This document shows, piece by piece, positions 6,889-16,400 of a stretch of 20,000 nt of DNA. This DNA is from an uncultured virus (IMG/VR IMGVR_UViG_3300033153_005459) (Duplodnaviria > Heunggongvirae > Uroviricota > Caudoviricetes). Numbering within the stretch: position 1 is the stretch's first letter; each line of letters opens with the position of its first letter. Under the pieces are notes generated by a model. It ran no database searches. It worked only from the letters and a program-made list of their open reading frames with translations, and had not been told where the DNA came from. Where the stretch lies: the IMG/VR virus record IMGVR_UViG_3300033153_005459. The stretch is one strand, 5' to 3'. A program made the position numbers and the translations under genes.

Positions 6889-9800
6889 ATGACTAATGTT
6901 GGTGTAAATCTTACACTGAATACGGCTCAGCTTCTGTCTGAGTTCAACAGTACAGTTGACAGGATGCGGACGAAGGCTTTACAAGCCGCGCAGCTTCCTT
7001 CTGTTTTTCTCCCTAGAGTCAATATCCCGGCCCCGCCGCCTGTTTCTGCTCAGGGGTTTGCCCGTCAGGCTGGTTTCCAGGCGGGTGGTTTGCAGCGTCA
7101 GATCAGTCTGGCGGAACATGGCCCTGGAGCAACGGGAGCGCAGTTCGGTGCTACTGGCAGACAGATTCGGGGTCCTCTCCAGAATCAGGTAACCGACGCG
7201 GTTCGTGCGGCTGGCGGTTCGGATGCTGATATTGCTCTCGCTAAGAAGGATTTCGAGACGGGTCGCCTATCTGCTGCTAAGGTTACTCGTGGTAAGCAGA
7301 CTCAGGCTGAGATTCAGGAGGCTTTGAACGCTGAGTCGTTGAAGCAATTCGGCGTTGAGAAGGAACTCACTGCTGCTACCACGGCCAATGTTGCAGCTAC
7401 AAAATCCACTGCGAACCGTAGGTTGTCGAACGTTCAGCGGCAGGACAGGGATCTTCGTCAAGAGAATGAAACTTTGCGTCGGGGGGCTGGGGTTGATCCT
7501 CGTGCTGCTGTTCCGATTAACGCTAAGGCTCTCACTGAAGAAAATAATCGACTGATCGGCCAGGCTGCCGCTAACAGGAAGAGCACGGTTGCGTCTTCGC
7601 AACGGGAAGCTCTGGCGGCTGCTAAAGCCGCAAATGCTCAAGAAGCCGCCGCAGCCGCACCTCGTCGTCGTGCTCTATCGGGTTCTGAACGTGAACAGTC
7701 TCGTCTTCTGGCTCGTAATCAAGGTCTTCGTGAGACGGCAGGTTCGCGGCAGTTTATTGGTCCTAGAACAGCACCAGCGCTTAATGCCGAAAACGAAGCC
7801 CTCGTCAGAGAGGCGTCTAATCTTCGTAAGCTAAATAACGCTGCTCTTCGAACACAAGTTGGCTCTACTCAGACTGTTTCTGCGTCCGTACAGGCAGAGG
7901 TTGCGGTACAGCGACAGATCAATGCTGCAAAACGTAAGAACCTTGAGCTTGAGTCGACTCAGCAGCCGCAGCTTATCCAAGCCCGTGCTCAGACTGTCAT
8001 TCTTCAGAATCAGCAGAACCAACAGCTTCGTCGTGCTATTCAGCTAGAGGCTCGTAGGCAGGGTCTCAGTATTGGTCAGCGAGCACAGTTGACTGCGCAG
8101 GGTGGCGGTCGTGGCGGGCAGTCTGGTTTCCTTGCTGGTGGTTTGGCTTCTACGCTGCGTTTCGCTATTCCTGCTGCTGCACTGTTCGGTACGATCGGTG
8201 CCGTTGGTAAGCTGATCGAGAATGGTAAGGAACTAGAACTCGTCTTCAACCGTATTGATGCACAGTTCAATCAGTTGGGTGCTAACGCTGAATTCGGTGA
8301 CCAGTTCGATAATGAAGCTCTGGCCAATTTCAAGGAAGGCATCATTGACATCTCTCGTGAGACTGGTGTTTCTGCTGCTGTTGTTGGCGACCTTGCTGAG
8401 TCGTTCGTTGGCTTGTTCGTGGATCAGGGTCCAGAAACCGGTCTGCAATTGACGGCTTTGGCAGTCCAGCTTGCTGTTATCACGGATCTTGAACCTGCTG
8501 AGGCGTTCAATGACCTTGGTGCAGCTCTTCGTGCGTTCGTTGATGAAGGCGATGATGTGGTTCAGATTGCTACTGAGATTTCTGACACTGTTATTGCTGT
8601 CCGTAACGCGACTGGTATTGCTGGCGATGAACTTACTGACTTCGTGTCTCGTGTTGCTGCTCTTGGTGTTGAGGCTGGCGGTTCAATTCAGCAGCTTACA
8701 GCGTTGGGTGCCGCTATTCAGCAGGCATCTGGTGTTGGTGGCGCTGCTCTGGCCGAGCAGTTCGGCCGTATCTTGTCAGGCTTTTCGTCTGGTGTTGGTG
8801 TTGAAATCTTTGAACTGTCAAAGAGTATTGGCGGTTTGGATATTTCTGCTGCGGACGTTAACGGCGGGCAGGCTATTCCTGTTCTGCTCGCGTTGATTAG
8901 CCAGTATGAGGATCTTAACGATGCTCAGCGTACCCAGATTCGTACCCAGTTGGCCGGTCGTCGTGAGGGCGCTACTCTTACGGCTTTGCTGAACAACAGT
9001 GCTACTGCTCTGCGTGTTTTGAACGATGAGCTTGTCCAGGGCGGCGAAGCTCAGACAGAGTTCAATCGTCGTCAGCAAACCTTGAGTCAGCAGATGAAAC
9101 TTCTTGGCACGACGTTCCAAGAGTTGGGAATTACGCTGTTTGAGGCTGGCCTGTCCGATCTTTTGATTTCGTTTGTTAATGCTCTTGATGCGCTTGTTAC
9201 CATTGCTGATGCTACTGTCATTCCGGTGCTTGAGGTTCTGGCTGATTTGTTGGGCCAGTTGCCTGATGGGTTTGGTGCTGCTGCGCTTGGCGCGACTGGT
9301 CTTGCTTTGGCGCTCCGTGGAACGGGTGTCGTAGCGGCTGGTGGTCTCATTGGTCAGGAGACGGCCGTGGCCGGTACGGCTACGCTGTCTCAGCGTGTTG
9401 CTGCGGGCCAAACAGCGAGAGGCCCTGATCCTTCTGGTTTGGCGTTTGCTGGTCGGTTGCGTGATCCGCAGGGTGGCCGTTTGGGTGGTCGAAACACGCT
9501 TAGCAGCACTGGTCGGATCGGGGGCAGCCGTATTGCGCAGGTCGGTTCTGTTGTTGCTGCTGCGTTGGCTGTCGGTAAGCTGTTCGAAGTTCTTGGAGAC
9601 CTTTCCGTACAGGTTGAACAGGACTCGACTGCACTCCGAGCAAAACTAGCGAGTGCTACAGAAGAGACGATTCTATTAGCTTTGGAAACTGGTTCTAGCA
9701 TAACAGAGGATCGTGGCTTCCTTGAACGTTTTGCTAATAATGTTGGTATTGAAACTGGTGATCCTCAGGCGATTGCTCAAGAAGCGTTTGCGAACTTCGC

Positions 9801-11850
9801 AAGTCGGCAAGGTCAACAGCTAATTGCTGACATTGGTGCGGCGAGTGATGAGGCTTTGGAAATATTCTTTGATCAGGCTCAAGGTGCTGGTCTTACTGGC
9901 CTGGAGCGCACTATAAACGCTCCTGGTGCTAACCGTGGGTTTGCTGCTGATGCTGGTCTTCTTGGCCAAGACGCCACCACCTCCTTCAATGCCTTCGATT
10001 TCTCACCCGTTGAGGTTGACATATCTAACCTCACACAGGACAACCTCGATCTTCTGACCGAGGGTCTTACTGGGAGTCTTGGTCTCGAAGCTCAGAGAAT
10101 TGCTACTACTTTCTTCGCTTCGATCGGCGAGATTCCCGACGCATTGGCTGAAGAAACCGATCCAGTTGTTCGTAGAGCCCTTGCCGAAGCTGCGCAGCTT
10201 CTAGCGGAAACAGAGGATGCTGCTGTTTTCGATCTTGATCTGATTCGCGCACAGTTTGATACTGGACAGATTGGTCTTCCGCAACTGGTCGAAGGACTTC
10301 GTAGACAGCTTGCTACCACTAAAGAGATTGCTTTTGCTGGCGAAGGCAACTCTGAAGAACTGGCTAAGGCTTTGAAGCTTCAGCAGGAGATCCAAGATAT
10401 AGCGTCTGACTCGCTAACTGCGCAGTTTGAATCATTCGAACGAACGTTGTCGTTCGGCACTGATCAAGAGGCGATTTCTCCTGAAGCTCAGATCGGTCGT
10501 CTGGAAACTCTCATTACTGATCTCCGAGCCGTGGGAGATGAAGCAGGTGCAGCGGAAGCTGCGGATGAAATATTCACATTGCAACAGGAGATCCTCAATA
10601 CTCTTGGTGATGAGGCTGGAAGCTCACAAGAGGCTATTGCGATTGCTAACCAGGGCTTGGCGGCTAATCCGATTGCGTTGTCTGCGGACATTCGCGGCGA
10701 GTTGGAGAATCAGCAATCTGCGTTCACTCAGTTCCTTGATGCTTGGTTGGGGGCTGGAATTGATCTAACGGATGCCATGAAGGATGACTTGACGGAGAAG
10801 ATTATAGAGACTGGCAACACCCAGGTGGCTTTGGCGCAGATATTGGCTGACCGAGCATCAGACCTCCAGGCCGAAGTTCTACAAGCCGCGACTCGTGGCA
10901 GGATTGTTACCGATCAGGTAGCGGAACTAGCCGAGATTCGAAGTCGCCAGTTGGATGGTATTCAGTCGACGGACATTCCAGGTCTCGCTTTCAACAGACG
11001 AATTGGCGATGCTGCTGCCGCTAAAGCTCGGGCTGAAGCTCAGGCTAAGGAGGCTGAGAATTTGGCGAAGGCAATTTCTGATGCACGGTTCGATCTGTTG
11101 CAGGCTTTGTTCGGTGGGGACCCTGTACGTTCTGCACAGATTGCTCAGGATCAGGCTGCTGCTCAGTTCCGTCTAGCGAGTGACGAAGCTGAACGTATCA
11201 AGGCTCAGGCTGCAATTGTTCGTGCTGATCGTTCTCTTGAGGAAGCTATCCGTGATATCACTGATGCTCAGGTTGAGCTTGCGTTGGCGTTTGCTGATTA
11301 CGCCGGTAACGCTATTGAGGCTACAGAGATCAGCCTTGAGTCTGCACGTGATCGTCTCTCTAACGTACAGAAGGACTTTGAGGGTGGTCAGGCCGGTCAG
11401 GCTGATGTCCTTCGGGCTGAGGCTGATGTTGTTCGTGCCGAGGCGGCTGCTCGTGATGAGCAGTTGAATAGTCAGCTTGGAGATTTCCAATTCCTGTTTG
11501 ACATGGAACAGATCACGAAGACTCAGTTCATTTCGTACTTGCAGTCCTTGAAGCAGATCCCTGATCTCACTACGGAGCAGATCAGAGACATTGATCGCCA
11601 GATCAAGCAGTTGCGTGACGATGTGCAGCAGGACTTGCAGTTCAACTTGCCGACGAACTTCCGTCTGCCGACTCTATTTGAGGCGAGACGTGTCGATCAA
11701 GGTACTGGAGGCGGGGCAGGCTTCCAAGATAATCGTCAGGTCAGCGTGACTATGGTTATCAACAACGGGATGTCGCAGCAGGCTGCTGCTGATTTCCTCT
11801 TCGACGCTATCGGTGGTGGTCCCACGACGACCACCAATAGGAGATTCTGA
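6889..11850 (+). CDS. Tape measure protein
   Basis: 1653 aa, Ala/Gln/Leu-rich helical; TP901-type core ('IIDISRETGVSAAVVGDLAESF...LAVQLAVITDL'); hydrophobic middle segments; follows the chaperones. Confidence 0.92.
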   Translation: MTNVGVNLTLNTAQLLSEFNSTVDRMRTKALQAAQLPSVFLPRVNIPAPPPVSAQGFARQAGFQAGGLQRQISLAEHGPGATGAQFGATGRQIRGPLQNQVTDAVRAAGGSDADIALAKKDFETGRLSAAKVTRGKQTQAEIQEALNAESLKQFGVEKELTAATTANVAATKSTANRRLSNVQRQDRDLRQENETLRRGAGVDPRAAVPINAKALTEENNRLIGQAAANRKSTVASSQREALAAAKAANAQEAAAAAPRRRALSGSEREQSRLLARNQGLRETAGSRQFIGPRTAPALNAENEALVREASNLRKLNNAALRTQVGSTQTVSASVQAEVAVQRQINAAKRKNLELESTQQPQLIQARAQTVILQNQQNQQLRRAIQLEARRQGLSIGQRAQLTAQGGGRGGQSGFLAGGLASTLRFAIPAAALFGTIGAVGKLIENGKELELVFNRIDAQFNQLGANAEFGDQFDNEALANFKEGIIDISRETGVSAAVVGDLAESFVGLFVDQGPETGLQLTALAVQLAVITDLEPAEAFNDLGAALRAFVDEGDDVVQIATEISDTVIAVRNATGIAGDELTDFVSRVAALGVEAGGSIQQLTALGAAIQQASGVGGAALAEQFGRILSGFSSGVGVEIFELSKSIGGLDISAADVNGGQAIPVLLALISQYEDLNDAQRTQIRTQLAGRREGATLTALLNNSATALRVLNDELVQGGEAQTEFNRRQQTLSQQMKLLGTTFQELGITLFEAGLSDLLISFVNALDALVTIADATVIPVLEVLADLLGQLPDGFGAAALGATGLALALRGTGVVAAGGLIGQETAVAGTATLSQRVAAGQTARGPDPSGLAFAGRLRDPQGGRLGGRNTLSSTGRIGGSRIAQVGSVVAAALAVGKLFEVLGDLSVQVEQDSTALRAKLASATEETILLALETGSSITEDRGFLERFANNVGIETGDPQAIAQEAFANFASRQGQQLIADIGAASDEALEIFFDQAQGAGLTGLERTINAPGANRGFAADAGLLGQDATTSFNAFDFSPVEVDISNLTQDNLDLLTEGLTGSLGLEAQRIATTFFASIGEIPDALAEETDPVVRRALAEAAQLLAETEDAAVFDLDLIRAQFDTGQIGLPQLVEGLRRQLATTKEIAFAGEGNSEELAKALKLQQEIQDIASDSLTAQFESFERTLSFGTDQEAISPEAQIGRLETLITDLRAVGDEAGAAEAADEIFTLQQEILNTLGDEAGSSQEAIAIANQGLAANPIALSADIRGELENQQSAFTQFLDAWLGAGIDLTDAMKDDLTEKIIETGNTQVALAQILADRASDLQAEVLQAATRGRIVTDQVAELAEIRSRQLDGIQSTDIPGLAFNRRIGDAAAAKARAEAQAKEAENLAKAISDARFDLLQALFGGDPVRSAQIAQDQAAAQFRLASDEAERIKAQAAIVRADRSLEEAIRDITDAQVELALAFADYAGNAIEATEISLESARDRLSNVQKDFEGGQAGQADVLRAEADVVRAEAAARDEQLNSQLGDFQFLFDMEQITKTQFISYLQSLKQIPDLTTEQIRDIDRQIKQLRDDVQQDLQFNLPTNFRLPTLFEARRVDQGTGGGAGFQDNRQVSVTMVINNGMSQQAAADFLFDAIGGGPTTTTNRRF

Positions 11851-11852
11851 TT

Positions 11853-12236
11853 ATGGCAAGGATCACTTGGACGTTCACCGATCCGGTGACGACGGATACA
11901 TACGATTGGGAGATCAACCCTAACCAGGGTGGTACTCCGTCATACCGTAAAAGCATCTCGTTCCGTAGTACGGCTGCGCCTGATGGTAAGATTTTGATGT
12001 TCGAGGGAAGGGATGAGCCTCAGCAGATGAGTGTTTCTGGCACGATTTTGAGTCAATCTCTGCTAGATGCCTTTGTGGTCTGGTTTCAGAAGAGGTATGC
12101 TGTTACAGTGCTCGATGATCTTGGGCGTACTTTCAAAATCTATATCACAGCTTTTGAGCCGAAGCGAGAGAGAAGCAACTCCCATGCATACAAGCATACG
12201 TACACGTTGGAGTACACCATTCTGGATTGGACGTGA
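11853..12236 (+). CDS. Distal tail (Dit-like) protein, minimal size
   Basis: 127 aa directly after the tape measure; 'WEINPNQ', 'MSVSGTIL', 'YTLEYTIL' fit Dit-like folds. Confidence 0.65.
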   Translation: MARITWTFTDPVTTDTYDWEINPNQGGTPSYRKSISFRSTAAPDGKILMFEGRDEPQQMSVSGTILSQSLLDAFVVWFQKRYAVTVLDDLGRTFKIYITAFEPKRERSNSHAYKHTYTLEYTILDWT

Positions 12237-12239
12237 TGT

Positions 12240-15200
12240 ATGAAGAATCTATCTAAGATTTGGGATGCCTGGGAGATTTCCGATGGCGTTATGGTCGGTG
12301 AATTTAAGTCGCATGGTCGCGTCACAGTTGAGAAGGACTGGCAACTGAATGTTACTGCCGCAACCTACGGGTTGTCCAACCGTGGCCCGTACAGGTGGTG
12401 GCAGCGCGAGGACAACAGTCAGGTTGAGACAGAAATTCTTAACGTTGAGCAGGTCAACATTCGTCGTTCGATTGATTCTGACACTGCGTCGTGTGACATC
12501 ACAATCGCTAACCAGGAACATTACGATCACGGAGAAACTCCAACGGAGGGTACAAGCACAACGCAGCTTGGTCGTCCTGGTTACTACACATGGACCTACG
12601 GTCTGTCTCCTGAGTCTCAGGCACGTTGGGGTCAGGTTGCAAATGAATGGGCTGATGTGCTTGTTCCGAACGCTTTGATCAGAACCTATGAGGGTTATGG
12701 CGGCAACGACCTTAGCATCGTTGATGCTGTGACGGCAGGAAACATCACACTCACCGGCACATGGTTGGTCGACACGGTAAACGTCAATTCGGCTGGCAAG
12801 ATAGCGTTGAAGCTTCGTGACATGTCGAAGCTGCTCACTGAGCAGTATCTCTATCCTCCTTTGGTGCCCAACGCTTTGTATCCTGTGCGTCACTGCCGGT
12901 ACCTGTTTGATCAGTATGACTTGGCTTTCGATGGCGCAGACGAACCTCGTGGCGAGGTCGTTTCAGAGTTGGGTTTGAGAGTCAACACGGTTCTGCAATA
13001 CTACGATTCGTCTAGCGACAAATGGTATGGTACGGATGCTGAGGTTCATGGCCATAAGCCTTCTGATTCGGTTGACGGGTCGTTGGAGACAATGGCGATC
13101 AGTGAGGGCTATGGTCATGCTCTTCGTGATTATGCTACGGTGTGGTGGGAATTCACTGCTCAGGGTCAGTTCGATAGCGTGTTTGTTCAGCCTTGGTTGG
13201 GCAACTACGAAATGTACATTTCAGTTTGGGAGAACGGGGCTTGGGTGGAGGGTCCTGGCGTGGTGCCTCACGATCCTACCGATCTGATAGCTGCGCAGCC
13301 AGGTGCTCCTGATACTGGTGCTGACATCAATTACGTGTTCAAGGGTGGTGTCCCGTATGACGAAGGGACATGGCACGACCTGCCGCGTCTCTTTGAGGGA
13401 ATTGGTGGCGACACAAGAATCCGCATTTCGATGCGGAACCTACAGCAGACCGATCTTGGTCCGTTCTTCTTCCGTGCTGGCCTCGTTGAAGTTCTTGCTA
13501 AGGTTGACACGTTTTCTGCTCTTTCTGACATTCCTGCAACTATCGACATGGCTGCTTACCCTGGCACTCTTGGTGATGGCTATTGGGTGTGTGACAACTT
13601 CGGTCGTGTCTACGCTTTCGGTGATGCTCGTATACAGACGAAGACTTCTGCTGAGGGGTTCTCTCATAGGACTAATGCTATGGCCGCTACGCCTACCGGC
13701 GACGGCTACGTGCTCCTTGAGGCCGACACGGGACGTATTCACTACTATGGTGATGCTCCTGTTGGGCTTGGTAATGTTGCGGCAGGGTTCGCATGGAACT
13801 CCATTTCGATCAATGCTACAAACGATGGCATTCTTGTCACGTCTCGTTTCGGTAACGCTCAAACTCTAGGCACCGTCACTGATAATGGTGGCACGGAGAG
13901 TATCTCTAGTGCTGACTTGGCGTTCCGCGGGGGTGACGGGGTTATAGATTCACGACCAGGCGCGGACGGTTATTGGATTCTTGACCGTGATGGCATCGTG
14001 TTTAACTTTGGTGATGCACAACACTTTGGCAATGCTACTGAAACGTTACTTGAAGGGGAGCATTGGACATACATCGTTCCCACTTCTACAGGTAACGGGT
14101 ATTGGATATTGGGATTGGCAGGTACTGTCGAGGCGATGGGTGACGCTGTTGACTTTGGTGGCATACCTTCGGCTCACTACGACGAGTTCACGTACTGGGA
14201 TTCAGCACAGAACAGTCGTATCTCGTGGGCTATGGCTCCTGCGCCAGACGACATTGGATACTGGCTGATCTATGCAGACGGCAGGATCGTTCCGTTCGGT
14301 GACGCTTTCTTCTACGGGTCGCCGACTACCGAGTCGTATCTTCGTAAGGATGGTACGTACATTGACTATGCTGATGTTGTGCGAGAACTTCTGAACTGGT
14401 CCGGTTTTGTACTTTTCAACCCAACACCGGATTCTGGTGAACGCGCGCCTACGTATGGCAACATTGAGAACACTGGCATTAACGCCGGTAACGAATGTTT
14501 GAGTGAGGAACTGTTCGACAAGCGTCCTCCGTTGGACGTGATCACCGAGTTGAAAGAAATCGTCGGATACAACTTCTATGTTGATTCAGATGGAGCGGTC
14601 AAGTTCCAGTCTCCTAACTGGTGGGCTGCTGGCAACTTCTTTGAGGACGGCAGCTATACGACGTTCATTCCTGAGATTGACGAGCGGTTGCAGTTGACTG
14701 ACTATTCGGTCAGTTTCAGCGATGATCCGCTTAGGTCTGAGATTGTCATTGCGAGCGAGTTCCCTGATGTTGATACGAACTCGACTACTACGATCACGAC
14801 GATCATTCCAAACACTTCTGCCATGTTGAGAGGCATGATTCGTCCTGCTATTTGGGCGAATGGCTTGTTCAATAACCCCGACGAGCAGAAGATCATGGCC
14901 GAGCTAATTTCTCTGCACATTTGGTTCCAGCAGCGTATCGGTTCGGTGTCATGTATGGCTAATCCTGCTATCGAGATTGATGATCAGGTTCGCGTCTTTG
15001 AGCGCACCACGGCTGAGTCGTATGTCCACTATGTCAGGTCTGTCAACACGTCTCACAACTTCTTGACAGGTGAGTACATGATGGATATTGAGACTCATTG
15101 GTTGGGTGACACTGACGGTTGGGTTATCACTCGTGATGATTTGTTGTCTGATACTGTTACGACACGGTTTGGTATGTCGAACGAATTGGTAGCTTACCTG

Positions 15201-15338
15201 TTGGAGAAGCAAGAATCTCGTGCGGTGTCTTCGGGTGCTGCTTTGCAATTTACAGATGATCTCCCTTACACAATCACGCATACGAACAATGTGCTAGACT
15301 TGGGCGACGCTGGGACGGAAGGTGGTGGCAGTGGCTGA
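12240..15338 (+). CDS. Baseplate hub / Tal-like minor tail protein with inserted discoidin-like and repeat domains
   Basis: 1032 aa after Dit; hub-like N-terminus ('VNIRRSIDSDTASCDITIAN') and C-terminus ('ANPAIEIDDQVRV...YVRSVNTSH'); six internal GYW..DG...FGDA-type repeats. Confidence 0.8.
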   Translation: MKNLSKIWDAWEISDGVMVGEFKSHGRVTVEKDWQLNVTAATYGLSNRGPYRWWQREDNSQVETEILNVEQVNIRRSIDSDTASCDITIANQEHYDHGETPTEGTSTTQLGRPGYYTWTYGLSPESQARWGQVANEWADVLVPNALIRTYEGYGGNDLSIVDAVTAGNITLTGTWLVDTVNVNSAGKIALKLRDMSKLLTEQYLYPPLVPNALYPVRHCRYLFDQYDLAFDGADEPRGEVVSELGLRVNTVLQYYDSSSDKWYGTDAEVHGHKPSDSVDGSLETMAISEGYGHALRDYATVWWEFTAQGQFDSVFVQPWLGNYEMYISVWENGAWVEGPGVVPHDPTDLIAAQPGAPDTGADINYVFKGGVPYDEGTWHDLPRLFEGIGGDTRIRISMRNLQQTDLGPFFFRAGLVEVLAKVDTFSALSDIPATIDMAAYPGTLGDGYWVCDNFGRVYAFGDARIQTKTSAEGFSHRTNAMAATPTGDGYVLLEADTGRIHYYGDAPVGLGNVAAGFAWNSISINATNDGILVTSRFGNAQTLGTVTDNGGTESISSADLAFRGGDGVIDSRPGADGYWILDRDGIVFNFGDAQHFGNATETLLEGEHWTYIVPTSTGNGYWILGLAGTVEAMGDAVDFGGIPSAHYDEFTYWDSAQNSRISWAMAPAPDDIGYWLIYADGRIVPFGDAFFYGSPTTESYLRKDGTYIDYADVVRELLNWSGFVLFNPTPDSGERAPTYGNIENTGINAGNECLSEELFDKRPPLDVITELKEIVGYNFYVDSDGAVKFQSPNWWAAGNFFEDGSYTTFIPEIDERLQLTDYSVSFSDDPLRSEIVIASEFPDVDTNSTTTITTIIPNTSAMLRGMIRPAIWANGLFNNPDEQKIMAELISLHIWFQQRIGSVSCMANPAIEIDDQVRVFERTTAESYVHYVRSVNTSHNFLTGEYMMDIETHWLGDTDGWVITRDDLLSDTVTTRFGMSNELVAYLLEKQESRAVSSGAALQFTDDLPYTITHTNNVLDLGDAGTEGGGSG
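13540..14321 (+). repeat. Six degenerate ~40-50 aa protein repeats (consensus G.GYW....DG.V..FGDA)
   Basis: GDGYWVCDNFGRVYAFGDA; GDGYVLLEADTGRIHYYGDA; NDGILVTSRFGNAQTLGTV; ADGYWILDRDGIVFNFGDA; GNGYWILGLAGTVEAMGDA; DIGYWLIYADGRIVPFGDA. Confidence 0.85.
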
Positions 15339-15825
15339 CATAGATTTCATACGATTACAATCAGACGGTCCGGTCATTGGACTGTCACGTCGTCAAACGA
15401 TTGCTCAACGTCAGGGGCGTAAGGCATCTGAACGCGCCCGCTTGGAGGACAGCATGGCTCGTAGTCAGATCATTTCGGGTGAGTTTTTGATGGCAGGTGT
15501 TGGTGAAGTCTCCAAGGATGTTGTGTTCCCTGCCAAGTTTATCGAGAAGCCTTTGCTTTCTTTCGGTGCTGAATTGCATGGCAATTCTTCGCCTACTGTT
15601 GGAGCATTTCCTACGGTGTCTGTTGTTATTGGTGGCTGGAATATTGAGGTTCCTGGTGAAACGAATCAGGAAACGCCTGACCGTAAGTATTTTGTTGGTG
15701 CTACTCTTCTTGTTGTCACTACTGGTACTGATGAGTCTATGTTTGTTCATTGGCACATGTCGGGTGTGGCTATCACTAATCCGGTCGCTGGTATCCGTGC
15801 CGCTACTACAGATTCTACGCTATGA
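15322..15825 (+). CDS. Minor tail protein (start may be GTG 15331)
   Basis: Overlaps the Tal stop; 'VVFPAKFIEKPLLSFG' resembles the V.FP..F...P motif of phage tail-fibre domains. Confidence 0.6.
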   Translation: MVAVADIDFIRLQSDGPVIGLSRRQTIAQRQGRKASERARLEDSMARSQIISGEFLMAGVGEVSKDVVFPAKFIEKPLLSFGAELHGNSSPTVGAFPTVSVVIGGWNIEVPGETNQETPDRKYFVGATLLVVTTGTDESMFVHWHMSGVAITNPVAGIRAATTDSTL

Positions 15826-16322
15826 GACTGCCTACGATTTCTTTGAGAGTGAAAGATGCTCCTGTCGCTTCTGCTGCTCGGGCTACCGGTGGAGGGGCGC
15901 GAGCTTTCTGCACTACCGGTTCCTTTACTACTAACGAAGGTCAGGGTACAACCAACACTGTGCAGGTTGTAGCAACCTCGCCCAAAACATATGTCTTTCA
16001 GTGGTCGTTCCAGTATCACAACCCCTTTGTACCAGTTCCGACTAACAGCCATATGAGTTCGCAGCTTAGTATTGATTCGACAAGTGTTAGTCCAGCATCA
16101 GCACCGCCTGATTACTTCTTCGATTGGGATTTCGTGGATATCACTACAAGTCAGGATGGTGACCGTGCCACTTCTAGTGTTTCTGCGGTGCAATCGTTGG
16201 CGGCTGGTACTCACGACTTCTTTGTTACGGTTGAGGACACCACAACTGGAACAATCACCTATAGCCTTGTCATCATTGAAACTGATTTCACTGGTGATGG
16301 CTGTTTCACTTTGAACGTATGA
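15822..16322 (+). CDS. Minor tail protein, beta-sandwich
   Basis: ATGA overlap; Thr/Ser-rich, 'LAAGTHDFFVTV' motif. Confidence 0.6.
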   Translation: MRLPTISLRVKDAPVASAARATGGGARAFCTTGSFTTNEGQGTTNTVQVVATSPKTYVFQWSFQYHNPFVPVPTNSHMSSQLSIDSTSVSPASAPPDYFFDWDFVDITTSQDGDRATSSVSAVQSLAAGTHDFFVTVEDTTTGTITYSLVIIETDFTGDGCFTLNV

Positions 16323-16328
16323 TGACTA

Positions 16329-16357
16329 TTCGATTACCTGAAGAGGGTTGCCGATAC
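16329..16357 (+). promoter_or_regulatory. sigma28-like promoter P5: TTCGA-N16-GCCGATAC
   Basis: Shared motif in the intergenic gap upstream of the 462-aa fibre gene. Confidence 0.6.
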
Positions 16358-16400
16358 TTTAGACAGGGCCTGCGGGCATAGGTTTTAACGGGGATTACTG

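Noticed and set aside
8818..9411. 197-aa minus-strand ORF and other short ORFs within the tape measure
   Set aside because: Shadow frames arising from the codon bias of the + strand gene.
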